Of a stretch of DNA of 60,792 nt, positions 48,101-55,936 are shown piece by piece. A program made the translations under genes and the position numbers. The stretch spans positions 1 to 60,792 of IMG/VR virus record IMGVR_UViG_3300009136_000005, one strand, 5' to 3'. How positions within the stretch are numbered: position 1 is the first letter of the stretch; each line of letters opens with the position of its first letter. The notes under the pieces were generated by a model, which was given only the letters and a program-made list of their open reading frames with translations, did no database searches and was not told the DNA's origin. This stretch comes from a virus. Its lineage: Duplodnaviria > Caudoviricetes.

Positions 48101-50541
48101 GCTACACTCGGGATTTTAATGTCACCAGTAACTACGAGGTCACTATTGATTGTGACATCAGTAGCAGGAGAGCCTACACCTGTTATGTTACCACTAATAA
48201 TAAGATCACCACCTACATCTAATGTTGATCCATCCCAAGTTATGTTCGAATCACCTTCTAATGTTCCATCACCTGTCCACACACCAACTTGATTGTCTGC
48301 TGGTGTACCAACTTTAAATACATTAGCGACTGGTGAGCCGCCACCTCCAAGATCTGATGTTGTTAATACTCTTTCCCAGCCAGCACCAGTTAATGTATTG
48401 TTAACTTCAAATCCACCACTTGTTTCAATTATAGTTCTTGCAACGTCAGTATCCGTTTGTTGTAATAACACTTGACCAGTTTGAGATTTTATTTTTACAT
48501 CACCAATCTCGTTGTTAACTTGTAATGATCCGTCACCGTCAATGAATCCAATATTACCAATATTAGCGCTTGTTTGATCTCGCATCAAAATACGGTTCCC
48601 AGCAGCCGTACCTGTTGAGTTGTTGTCGTACAAATACATTGCACCAAATGCATTACGTACATCAAGTTCACCAGTGACCAAAAGTATTGAACCACTCCAA
48701 GTTAAGTTTGCATCACCTTCAACGGTTGTTGCATCTGTCCATATAGCAAGTTGATTGTTAACTGGTGTTCCTGTATTGCTTACATTACCGCCGCCTGCAG
48801 GTGCTTGTGGTTCAAATTGACTGTTAGCTGCAACCCAAGTTAAGACATCGCCATTAGCAACTGGAGATCCAGCTCCAGTTATGTTACCACTAATATATAA
48901 ATCACCAGTTAATAAAACTGGATCAGCTGTTATAGTAAGATCATTTGCATTTGTCGCAGAAAAAGTAGCTCGTGGAACCAAGTCGCTGGTTTGTAATTCT
49001 AAATTAATTTCCGATGCAGATTGTGATGCAACTTCTAACGTGTTTGAAGTAACAGCATCTAAAACAATATTTGAAGAACCAATAGTAACTGTACTAGAAA
49101 CATCTAACGTACCAGTCAATAATACATTAGTAGCGGCACCGGCTCTTGTTTGAATATTAAGATTACCACTTGTTGGTGTTTGTATTGTTAAGTCATCACC
49201 ATTAGCAAGAAGGCGAGAATCTCCATTTGAAACCCCAGTTTCTGTTAACCGCAATTCTGTAAATGTGCTTGATATTTCTAATACACCACTGCTCCAAGTA
49301 AAGTTTGCATCACCTTCAATTGTTCCATCGCCAGTCCACACACCGACTTGGTTATCCGCTGGTGTACCAACTTTAAATACATTAGCGACTGGTGAGCCGC
49401 CGCCTTCGCCTTGTGATACCGCTGGTTCGTATCTTTGATTGGAAGCATTCCAAGTTAATACATATCCGTTTGTTATTGGCGATCCACCAACATTTGTGAC
49501 AACATCAAAACCGCCTTGTTGTAATGTTCCAACTGTAACATTTACTTCACCTGTGTTTGTTAATACAAGATTTGTTTTAAGAGTTGTTCCGTTCGTATCA
49601 TACTTTTGAAGAACCATTATGTCGCTTGCTTCGTTGTATGCTAACAAGCCTCTGCGTGTACTATTCTCAGCAAAAGTTAAGTACGTATCAAATCCATCAT
49701 CGGAATCAAGAGTAAGGTTTGTTAATACACCTGCTCTGTGTAGTGTTAAATCACCATCAATAGTTTGTCCACCAACGGTAGAAATTATTTCGTTTCCGTT
49801 TGATTGGTTGATGGTTCCAGTAAGATTTACTACGTCAGCAATTACACCAGTTCGTTGAATAACAATTGCATCACCAACGCCAATCGGACTTCCTCCAATT
49901 CCACTATCATCGACTGGACGGATTCTTAATTCTTCTGAGTCACTAATTATATGCCATTCTTTGTTGTCGACGGATCCATCTGAATCAGATAATTCAAGAG
50001 TAGCAGAAGAACCTGCTATCATTAAATTATTAGCGATTGTTTGATCGCCAAGAGTATCAATTACTTCAACCCAATCAGCATTTCTTCTTCCGTATGTGAC
50101 ACCATCGGAAGGCGCATCTGTAAGTCCTATTGGCGATCCGACATCAACAGCATTTGCAATTCTTTTCCAAACAAGACCTGTTACTCCTAATGTAATTGGA
50201 TCGAGCGTTTCCATTAACCATATTTGTCCACCATTTATTAGGCCGTCTTGAACATACGTCTGTGTTCCAGATGACATCGCCTCTGATGAATTACTATCAG
50301 CCGAGCGAACCCACGCACCAGCTTTAACGTCATATATTCCATTCGTAGCAGCGTCAGCTTGATTTTTTACTAAACATCTGTCATCAGCAACTAACGCGAT
50401 ATTATCGATCGTTTGTGTTCCTGATAGTGTGATTGGAGCGACTGTTGCAGCTCGGACATTTCCCTTTGCAGATAAGTTTTCAACGTCTTTGACGAAGATC
50501 GTTTTTATCTGCTGCTGAACATTTATCTTTTCTTGGCCCAT
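45184..50541 (-). CDS. Long tail fibre protein (1785 aa)
   Basis: Head domain shared with 39374; DAPSDGVTYGR; repeated NQVGVWTGDGTIEG modules; YadA-like NIAIG repeats; 11 GSP motifs. Confidence 0.85.
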   Translation of the reverse strand: MGQEKINVQQQIKTIFVKDVENLSAKGNVRAATVAPITLSGTQTIDNIALVADDRCLVKNQADAATNGIYDVKAGAWVRSADSNSSEAMSSGTQTYVQDGLINGGQIWLMETLDPITLGVTGLVWKRIANAVDVGSPIGLTDAPSDGVTYGRRNADWVEVIDTLGDQTIANNLMIAGSSATLELSDSDGSVDNKEWHIISDSEELRIRPVDDSGIGGSPIGVGDAIVIQRTGVIADVVNLTGTINQSNGNEIISTVGGQTIDGDLTLHRAGVLTNLTLDSDDGFDTYLTFAENSTRRGLLAYNEASDIMVLQKYDTNGTTLKTNLVLTNTGEVNVTVGTLQQGGFDVVTNVGGSPITNGYVLTWNASNQRYEPAVSQGEGGGSPVANVFKVGTPADNQVGVWTGDGTIEGDANFTWSSGVLEISSTFTELRLTETGVSNGDSRLLANGDDLTIQTPTSGNLNIQTRAGAATNVLLTGTLDVSSTVTIGSSNIVLDAVTSNTLEVASQSASEINLELQTSDLVPRATFSATNANDLTITADPVLLTGDLYISGNITGAGSPVANGDVLTWVAANSQFEPQAPAGGGNVSNTGTPVNNQLAIWTDATTVEGDANLTWSGSILLVTGELDVRNAFGAMYLYDNNSTGTAAGNRILMRDQTSANIGNIGFIDGDGSLQVNNEIGDVKIKSQTGQVLLQQTDTDVARTIIETSGGFEVNNTLTGAGWERVLTTSDLGGGGSPVANVFKVGTPADNQVGVWTGDGTLEGDSNITWDGSTLDVGGDLIISGNITGVGSPATDVTINSDLVVTGDIKIPSVAKMFFDGGSNDYISHIGSALVFVVGGGQILNIDGQGLDMFGKVNTAAGIAGRAGLNIKTGVAPTSPIDGDTWTTAAGEFFVRLNGASVDLAAGGTVSAYGSPVPLNNEVAIWTDGTTIQGDSNFTWDGSTLSLTGQTNLGGNVTIGDGGGTLQTNVVNSHDTGLMVISGGSTDQLGANILLYGATLTTGDMLFRNDGNTWMRWDETAGDLEISTGIGVKTTAMTLDDVNGTTHAQKVTFLASATGDPSFNIPEGVAPSAPVDGDVWVTAAGEFFVRLNGVSTDLATSGGGAGSPVANVFKVGTPVDNQVGVWTGDGTIEGSANLTWNDTTLHVAGAANFDTSVTINGASPTTLNIVATAGNARLNLDAPNPQLRFDESDAGLDQKIWEIDVIGETLNHLISRDNFGTNYNYMIIERSGTDVNVQVDSIEFRAENSITLTTALTTLSGDVTIEGYISANGGSPIADGDVLTWVAANNQYEPQAAGGGGLFTEDGDSNIIGGTGAGANLTAASGLSNFFAGINAGGATTTGDDNVAIGSNALYDASAAGTGRENVAIGKGAMESSVLTSAFLNIAISTDTLTALTTGAYNIALGANAFNRLTAANNVVGLGQSAGIMMISGERNIAIGTEALGITAGGGSGTGSYNIAIGSRAISGTNLTTSANNIGIGRGTLPLVSSADSNVAVGYQAGAKITTGDNNVMIGTDAGPTANQSNRLYLHNAESNTPLIGGDFSTGEVQLSGTMRFTERANHIGTFPAATFGELWVRTATPNELVFTDDAGTDWLLNQSSGGTIGGSIADNQVAIGNGSDAIDGSAALTFDGSTLSLTGAATISNGLDVTSGNVNMNGQVLSLGSTAPHLTHLSTLDVIEHGAQTFFLSATNDGGSHYIRGGYHNGSNWVRSGIEEVSALSFLGTGNTKLRSAIAGSPGDVISWIDAIEITNGTGNVLISGDLEVAGSISGPADPITTSFLFMGG
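47140..49400 (-). repeat. Three near-identical ~90-nt internal repeats in the long fibre gene
   Basis: GSPVANVFKVGTP(A/V)DNQVGVWTGDGT(I/L)EG at about 47150-47240, 48250-48345 and 49305-49400, conserved at DNA level. Confidence 0.8.
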
Positions 50542-50568
50542 GAAAATTCCTATTATATCGTGATTTAG

Positions 50569-50575
50569 TATTTAT
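50569..50575 (-). promoter_or_regulatory. T4 gp55-like late promoter motif ATAAATA (representative)
   Basis: Same motif precedes minus-strand genes at 45161, 42045, 41643, 38866, 8774, 58897 and plus-strand genes at 7930, 8802, 12215, 12463, 24742, 25801, 37704, 51303. Confidence 0.7.
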
Positions 50576-50644
50576 CGTTAGGTTAAAAGTTATACAATAA
50601 GGTCAAAAAACAGCAAAAATGCCACAAATAAACATGTTTCCCTG

Positions 50645-50673
50645 TTGACTTCTAGGGTCAAATCCCGTATAAT
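50645..50673 (+). promoter_or_regulatory. Conserved early promoter
   Basis: TTGACT-17bp-TATAAT, spacer TCTAGGGTCAAA. Confidence 0.8.
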
Positions 50674-50680
50674 ATACCTA

Positions 50681-50910
50681 TTGAGTCGTTAAATTCTTTG
50701 CGATTCAATCAGAGGTAAGGCCGCATAGACTGGTGCGGAGATTTAAGCAGCGTATTGAGGTGGGGCTGGTTTAATGTTAGAGGTAAGTCCGCATAGATTG
50801 TGTGGAAGAGTTTAAACAGCGTATTGTGGAGAGGGGCTGGTTTAACAAACGAATTAACAAAGTCGTAGAGGTGAAAGTCCTTGCAAGAGCCGATAGGCGA
50901 CTACGCAACT
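50681..50910 (+). ncRNA. Candidate structured RNA/leader with two ~66-nt tandem units
   Basis: Units 50711-50774 and 50779-50845 each fold into two hairpins with structure-preserving changes; reading frame not conserved. Confidence 0.5.
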
Positions 50911-50932
50911 TTTTAATTATCGAGATTATATT

Positions 50933-51277
50933 ATGTCAAATGTACAATGGAAAAGACGCGGTGATCGATTTGAACAGAATGTTCTGGTCGTTTCTGGTTA
51001 TATACTGAACGAGCAAAACGAATTCATCAAATCAGATCAAGCTGTCACAATGATCAATCCTCTTGACTTCAACCACTTTGTTGGTGTCGAAGATACTGTC
51101 GAAGAACTCGATGGTACAACCGTTAAATTTACTTTTGGTGATGTTGTTTACTTCGCTGACGTTCCTTTAATCAACTCAATTATCAGACTTGCCGCAAGTA
51201 TTCTTTGGGATGCTCGTGATGAAGTTATGGCTGATGATGCTGAATTGGACGAAGATGTTACAGTGATCAACCTGTAA
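50933..51277 (+). CDS. Acidic hypothetical protein
   Basis: 114-aa ORF after the structured leader. Confidence 0.7.
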   Translation: MSNVQWKRRGDRFEQNVLVVSGYILNEQNEFIKSDQAVTMINPLDFNHFVGVEDTVEELDGTTVKFTFGDVVYFADVPLINSIIRLAASILWDARDEVMADDAELDEDVTVINL

Positions 51278-51309
51278 AATACCAACCAATCAAATCACTC
51301 ACATAAATA

Positions 51310-51337
51310 CCCCACATAACACTTGTGGGGTTTTTTT
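51310..51337 (+). terminator. Rho-independent terminator abutting late promoter
   Basis: CCCCACA..TGTGGGG + T7; ATAAATA immediately 5'. Confidence 0.75.
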
Positions 51338-51781
51338 ATGTCATTAATTACAGAAATACATGGGGATGCAATTCTCATAAAAACAGTTTTGGAAAGCTAT
51401 AACGTTTCATCTACCAAAGAGTTACTTGATCAATTGAATGAAGTATCTGCTGCTGCAATGGGAAAAGCAGACGTTAGAGATTGGACAAAACAAGCACTTG
51501 CCGATCAAGGCAGAGATGAAATAGATGCTAAGCAACAAGAAGTAATTAAGAAGCTTGGTGGCGGTGGTAAAGATCAACAACGTATGATGCCAGATGCTGG
51601 ACACATTATTGCAAAGGATGGTAATTTCTATGTTGTGAAATCAGTTGGTGGATCCAAGTTAAATCTTGTTGATTTAAAAACCAAAAAAGCTGCGAACGTT
51701 AGTATGGATGAACTCAGTAAGAATTATAAAGCTCAAAAAGACCAACAATCTGGCAATGTCAGATGGATATTTAAAGGGTAA
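51338..51781 (+). CDS. Late hypothetical protein (putative head-internal)
   Basis: MSLITE..VLE..QLNE; late motif upstream. Confidence 0.6.
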   Translation: MSLITEIHGDAILIKTVLESYNVSSTKELLDQLNEVSAAAMGKADVRDWTKQALADQGRDEIDAKQQEVIKKLGGGGKDQQRMMPDAGHIIAKDGNFYVVKSVGGSKLNLVDLKTKKAANVSMDELSKNYKAQKDQQSGNVRWIFKG

Positions 51782-51806
51782 TCTATTCTCCACATAACTT
51801 CACACT

Positions 51807-51833
51807 AAACCCGCACTCGTTGCGGGTTTTTTA
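51807..51833 (+). terminator. Rho-independent terminator
   Basis: AAACCCGCA..TGCGGGTTTTTT. Confidence 0.85.
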
Positions 51834-51890
51834 TTTTCTGGTTGACATATAATCAAATTTGATAGATACTATAAGCTAAGAGGAAATATT

Positions 51891-52097
51891 ATGTTAGTGA
51901 CATCACACCGAATGATTTGCCTAAACACGCAATGTGAAAAAGAAGGATTTGGTAGTGCGTATGGTCCTGTCGATAGACCCGAACAAACTGTATGTCCACA
52001 TTGTGGATTCAAAACTTTCGTTGATGCTCGTGGTTCAAAAGCACTCGTTAAAATGGTTAAAGCAAAATTGGAGCTAGAACAGAATGGCGCTGTATAG
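51891..52097 (+). CDS. Small Zn-ribbon protein
   Basis: CLNTQC...CPHCG; TTGACA-17bp-GATACT promoter at 51842. Confidence 0.65.
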   Translation: MLVTSHRMICLNTQCEKEGFGSAYGPVDRPEQTVCPHCGFKTFVDARGSKALVKMVKAKLELEQNGAV

Positions 52098-52401
52098 AAT
52101 TCAATTGACCTCATTTTATGATCACGACATTGCAATGGCAATAAAAATTAATAACAAAGTGTACAATTTTGATCACGGATGGGAGATCACAGAAGACGAT
52201 AACCGATTTTATGTAGGTCAAGAAGCAAAGATTCCATTCGATAAACACTTCCCACCTGACGGTCCTGAGTGGATTGCAAGTGGTGATTTAATACCTGCGA
52301 CCGAAGACGAGTGGGTTCAATCAATTAAATCAGACGTTCATCACACACCACGTTTCATGCGGGTGTTTAATTGGCTGACAAAGTGGTATATCGATCGATA
52401 A
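52084..52401 (+). CDS. Hypothetical protein
   Basis: GGAG RBS. Confidence 0.6.
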   Translation: MALYRIQLTSFYDHDIAMAIKINNKVYNFDHGWEITEDDNRFYVGQEAKIPFDKHFPPDGPEWIASGDLIPATEDEWVQSIKSDVHHTPRFMRVFNWLTKWYIDR

Positions 52402-52423
52402 CCCACATAAACTGCGGGTCCTC

Positions 52424-52483
52424 TAACTCCTTGTTTTATAAGGGGTTTTTCCTGTTGACTTTAAGGGGCAAATCACGTATAAT
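52424..52483 (+). promoter_or_regulatory. Conserved early promoter, leaderless transcript
   Basis: IHF-like TAACTCCTTGTTT; TTGACT(52455)-17bp-TATAAT; ATG 6 nt later. Confidence 0.8.
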
Positions 52484-52489
52484 AGGGAT

Positions 52490-52687
52490 ATGAAAATAAA
52501 GAAAATCACAATAGATTTAGGTAGTCCAGTCAATCGCATTCTCTGCTTTATAGGTGGGTTTGGTTGGATAGCTGGTGTGGTTATCGCAAACGGATTTTGG
52601 AGCACTTTCTTTTCCGTATGTTTTGGACCATTTTGGGCTTGGTATTTGTCTGTTGAAAAATTACTTCAAATGGTAGGTGTGATATGA
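52490..52687 (+). CDS. Small membrane protein
   Basis: WIAGVVIA.GFWST...P.WAWY hydrophobic pattern. Confidence 0.65.
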   Translation: MKIKKITIDLGSPVNRILCFIGGFGWIAGVVIANGFWSTFFSVCFGPFWAWYLSVEKLLQMVGVI

Positions 52688-52866
52688 TTCGCGCATTAAT
52701 TATATGGGTTGGCAGCATCGTTATCGGATGGATAATTGCACTGTTTGGTGCGGTTATTTTTGCCACAATCAAAACTTTTTTCAAACTGGTGTGGTGTGGT
52801 TTAGCTGCCATACTTCGTCGCAAACCAAAACAGGTACAAGAAGATGTCACCATTCCTAACGCATAG
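52684..52866 (+). CDS. Small membrane protein
   Basis: ATGA overlap; TM. Confidence 0.55.
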   Translation: MIRALIIWVGSIVIGWIIALFGAVIFATIKTFFKLVWCGLAAILRRKPKQVQEDVTIPNA

Positions 52867-53038
52867 TATCGTAAAATTAATTGAGTGGGTATGGCACTTT
52901 TTGCCCGACGAGTGTGAAGTTGAAGGATGTGGTCGTGGCGGAGTTCGTGGCAATGAAAATATTATTGATGATGTTGTCACTTGTGATTATTGTCACATCG
53001 AACAACTGATGAAAGAAGCAGATGAAACCGAATCTTAA
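52844..53038 (+). CDS. Small Cys-rich protein
   Basis: C..C...GVRGNEN...CDYC. Confidence 0.55.
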   Translation: MSPFLTHSIVKLIEWVWHFLPDECEVEGCGRGGVRGNENIIDDVVTCDYCHIEQLMKEADETES

Positions 53039-53312
53039 TAATTGTCCCGAATGTGGCGTTGACATAACTGACGAAAGTCATATTGATGATGCGCTATATC
53101 CGATAACACGCAACCGCGATACGTGGTCAGCAGGTTGTTGTGAATGTCAACTATTTGTTGATGTTGTAGGTTCAGAACAAGACGCAATCGAATATTGGAA
53201 CAGATACACCGTCCAATATAAAGAAGTTAAATTAGCACGAAAGAACATTTTATTTTTTCTGGTGCCAATTATAGTATTAGTAGTTGGTGGTTATTTTTTA
53301 ATTGGAGAATGA
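53022..53312 (+). CDS. Lar-like Zn-ribbon protein with C-terminal TM
   Basis: LNNCPECG...C.EC...AIEYWN. Confidence 0.55.
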   Translation: MKPNLNNCPECGVDITDESHIDDALYPITRNRDTWSAGCCECQLFVDVVGSEQDAIEYWNRYTVQYKEVKLARKNILFFLVPIIVLVVGGYFLIGE

Positions 53313-53602
53313 ACATGATAGACGAACAAATTATTAAACAACTTAAACGTATGGTAAACGATCGTACGATTTCACCACGACAACGGAACATGGTTATGGA
53401 AGCCATTCGGTACATCAAAAGTTTAGAAGATGAAATCAATTCTCTTTCAAAAACCAAAGAAGATACAGCATTAGAACAAATCAATGCTTTGGAATTTGGT
53501 GAGGTTGTTGAAATCAATATCCCTGCAGTAAGCGATAAAGACATTTATGGTGAGATGGATGGATCTGCGTGCATGGATGAACCCGTTGAGAACTTATACT
53601 AA
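53309..53602 (+). CDS. Hypothetical protein
   Basis: GGAG RBS; operon ORF. Confidence 0.55.
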   Translation: MNMIDEQIIKQLKRMVNDRTISPRQRNMVMEAIRYIKSLEDEINSLSKTKEDTALEQINALEFGEVVEINIPAVSDKDIYGEMDGSACMDEPVENLY

Positions 53603-53865
53603 TGAATAACCATATGAGTGTACAAGAATTTTCTGATCTTCAATCGTGGATGAATGAAGTACAACTTCGTCATCTGAATGTTGTTGAACGAAGTGGAAGT
53701 GGCGAAGATCCTTACACGCATTATTATGCGACACTTCCTGGTACGTATCGGCTTGGTGTGGGGAGCACTCGTGTCGGATATTTTGGTGATGCGAATGGTG
53801 CTGATAACGATTTCGGTGTGCTGTGTAACAGGGCAGCGACTTACGAATATTGGATGGAAGGATAA
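53602..53865 (+). CDS. Hypothetical protein
   Basis: TAATG coupling. Confidence 0.55.
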   Translation: MNNHMSVQEFSDLQSWMNEVQLRHLNVVERSGSGEDPYTHYYATLPGTYRLGVGSTRVGYFGDANGADNDFGVLCNRAATYEYWMEG

Positions 53866-53867
53866 CA

Positions 53868-54101
53868 TTGAGTAAGAAAACCGCATATGACATTATCAAT
53901 AAACTTCGCGATCATGTAAATGATGGTGGAATGTTTACGATCCCACTCGGATCGAATAATCGCGGCGGAACTATTCTTGCACACATTTATAGAATGAAAG
54001 ATAATGAAATGATAATGAATACTGAGGTTGTGGTTCACACAATACAGTTGAAAGGTTTATCTATTGATGAAATTACTTTCTGGTCAAAAACAGGCAAGTA
54101 A
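53868..54101 (+). CDS. Hypothetical protein
   Basis: AAGGA RBS before TTG at 53868. Confidence 0.5.
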   Translation: MSKKTAYDIINKLRDHVNDGGMFTIPLGSNNRGGTILAHIYRMKDNEMIMNTEVVVHTIQLKGLSIDEITFWSKTGK

Positions 54102-54102
54102 A

Positions 54103-54561
54103 ATGCGACCATCAATTGTCGTGATGTTAATTATACTTTCGATCGGTTGTGGCGGTTCTTCTGGTCACAACTCTGACTACGTTAAACCTACACCAAATGA
54201 AACGTCATTAAATTTCGAAATATGGTATTACGGAAAGCTGCCAGAACCAATTGCTGATCACCTTGAGGCACATTGGTTAGATGTCCAATCATGTGTTGGT
54301 GTCGCAGCGCCAATTACACCATACAAAGTATCAGTCCGATATTTGCAAGCAGATAATATGCCGAAACCAATCGGTGCGATGGATACAAATACTCACACAA
54401 TTTATATCGATGTTGATTATATGTATGAAGTCATCGTACTTCGTCACGAAATGATCCATCACTTATTGGATTTAATCGGCGTAACCCTTGAATCTCAGGA
54501 GAAACATGAGCCTGAGTGGGTGTTCAACGAGTGTGTGTACATTGATTGGCAAAAATTTTAA
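54103..54561 (+). CDS. Lipoprotein with HExxH zinc-metallopeptidase motif
   Basis: Signal peptide with lipobox LSIGC; VLRHEMIHH. Confidence 0.65.
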   Translation: MRPSIVVMLIILSIGCGGSSGHNSDYVKPTPNETSLNFEIWYYGKLPEPIADHLEAHWLDVQSCVGVAAPITPYKVSVRYLQADNMPKPIGAMDTNTHTIYIDVDYMYEVIVLRHEMIHHLLDLIGVTLESQEKHEPEWVFNECVYIDWQKF

Positions 54562-54585
54562 CGGGACAATGCGGTTGTTTGCCTG

Positions 54586-54614
54586 TTGACTTTAGGGTTT
54601 AATTAGGGGATAAT
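54586..54614 (+). promoter_or_regulatory. Conserved early promoter
   Basis: TTGACT-17bp-GATAAT; spacer TTAGGGTTTAA; downstream ATACGCATATTTCAACAAAAT. Confidence 0.75.
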
Positions 54615-54646
54615 ATACGCATATTTCAACAAAATCACATATTGTT

Positions 54647-55066
54647 ATGAAAGAACTTATTGCACATATTGAAGCACAAAATGCAAAAACTCAGGAATGG
54701 GTTGATGCTGACCCCACAAATCGTTGGGCTGGTTTTATTGTTACTGATCCCAATCATTGGGAAGAGTATGGTATTTACACAGTTGCTCAATACGAGCATT
54801 ATATGGCTCAGGTAGATGTAGTTGAGATGTATAAGGAAGTTCATGGTATCAAGCCTCGTTGGATGAACATGGACGAAATGTCCATCGAAGAACTCGAGGC
54901 CGAGTTGCAATCGCTTTGTGTTATCGCACAAGAGCAAGACGAGTATTACGATCATTGGTCGGAAATGCTTGAGGCGCAAGACAAGCTCGATCGCGAAGAA
55001 GATCGTGTTGCGATGGAACTCGAACCCACCAAATATGAAATAATGGCTGAACAGGCTGGTTATTAA
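54647..55066 (+). CDS. Conserved early phage protein
   Basis: HWEEYGIYT...YKEVHGIKPR motif. Confidence 0.7.
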   Translation: MKELIAHIEAQNAKTQEWVDADPTNRWAGFIVTDPNHWEEYGIYTVAQYEHYMAQVDVVEMYKEVHGIKPRWMNMDEMSIEELEAELQSLCVIAQEQDEYYDHWSEMLEAQDKLDREEDRVAMELEPTKYEIMAEQAGY

Positions 55067-55239
55067 TGAGTACAAAACACAAAGATTGGATTATAACATA
55101 CAATCCAAAACCAGTCCCTAATCGTCGTCACGATTATGATGCAGTCCATGAAGATTACGATGGTCCAGAAGATGGGCGATGTTTTACCGCTGCTTCTGTT
55201 GAAGAAGCAATTGAAGAAATAAATGAGATGGAATTATGA
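55066..55239 (+). CDS. Small hypothetical protein (not in ORF track)
   Basis: MSTKHKDWIITYNPKPVPNRRHDYDAVHEDYDG...; TAATG coupling. Confidence 0.6.
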   Translation: MSTKHKDWIITYNPKPVPNRRHDYDAVHEDYDGPEDGRCFTAASVEEAIEEINEMEL

Positions 55240-55530
55240 TACGTCGAATTTCAGGTTTTATGTTATTAGTAGCAGCAGGTTGTGTTAACGATTCTGCTCC
55301 CCTTATGTATATGGTTGCACTCGGAGTTGGTGGTGCTTTACTTTTAGTTTGGGGCGATCGAGTCTCTATTGAAAAGGATTGGGTATGACTTACAATTTTA
55401 CTGAAATGGAAGTGCTACGAGAAGTTCGTAAAACTTTCGATGAACCCATGTGCCTCGATTTTATCGATGACGCACGTTGTGAAGATACAATTGAAAATGC
55501 TGCTGAGGTAATTATTATCGACAGTGCATT

Positions 55531-55743
55531 TTGGAATGGTACGTTCTAATGAGATATCATCTTTGTAAAAAATCTCGTATGTATAATAACCGTGCATATC
55601 ATGGTCCGTCATGGCGACAAGGATCTGAACCTGCTGAGACGGATACGATCGAATTTGCTAGAACGATGGTCGAAATAATGACAATGAAAAATCCAGTTGG
55701 TTGGGATATCTATGATGCGATGACTGGAGAAAAGGTAGAATAA
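55531..55743 (+). CDS. Hypothetical protein
   Basis: NPVGWDIYD C-terminus; start uncertain. Confidence 0.45.
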   Translation: MEWYVLMRYHLCKKSRMYNNRAYHGPSWRQGSEPAETDTIEFARTMVEIMTMKNPVGWDIYDAMTGEKVE

Positions 55744-55744
55744 A

Positions 55745-55936
55745 ATGGATAAATTAACGAGTAAAGCATTTATCGAATTATCTGCATCCACAACTTCATC
55801 GTTGTGTCAAAAAACAGCACTCGATTTAATTGAGCGGTTGCATGATTACGAACAAGTACTTGTACACATTGCATCTCTTCCTGAACCACTCCCAAAACAA
55901 ATAGCACAAAAAGCATTGGATGATTTTCGCGGATGA
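55745..55936 (+). CDS. Hypothetical protein
   Basis: AAGG RBS; operon ORF. Confidence 0.5.
   Translation: MDKLTSKAFIELSASTTSSLCQKTALDLIERLHDYEQVLVHIASLPEPLPKQIAQKALDDFRG

Noticed and set aside
50711-50845. Possible CRISPR mini-array
   Set aside because: Only two units, about 66 nt long with no unique 30-40 nt spacers, and no cas genes in the window; kept as a structured-RNA candidate instead.
50861-50910. Group II intron, RNase P or lysine riboswitch fragment (GAGGTGAAAGTCC)
   Set aside because: Only a short motif similarity; the other required domains are absent and the element is too short.
50802-51008. 68-aa ORF across the repeats
   Set aside because: The frame is not conserved between repeat units and it overlaps the better ORF 50933..51277.
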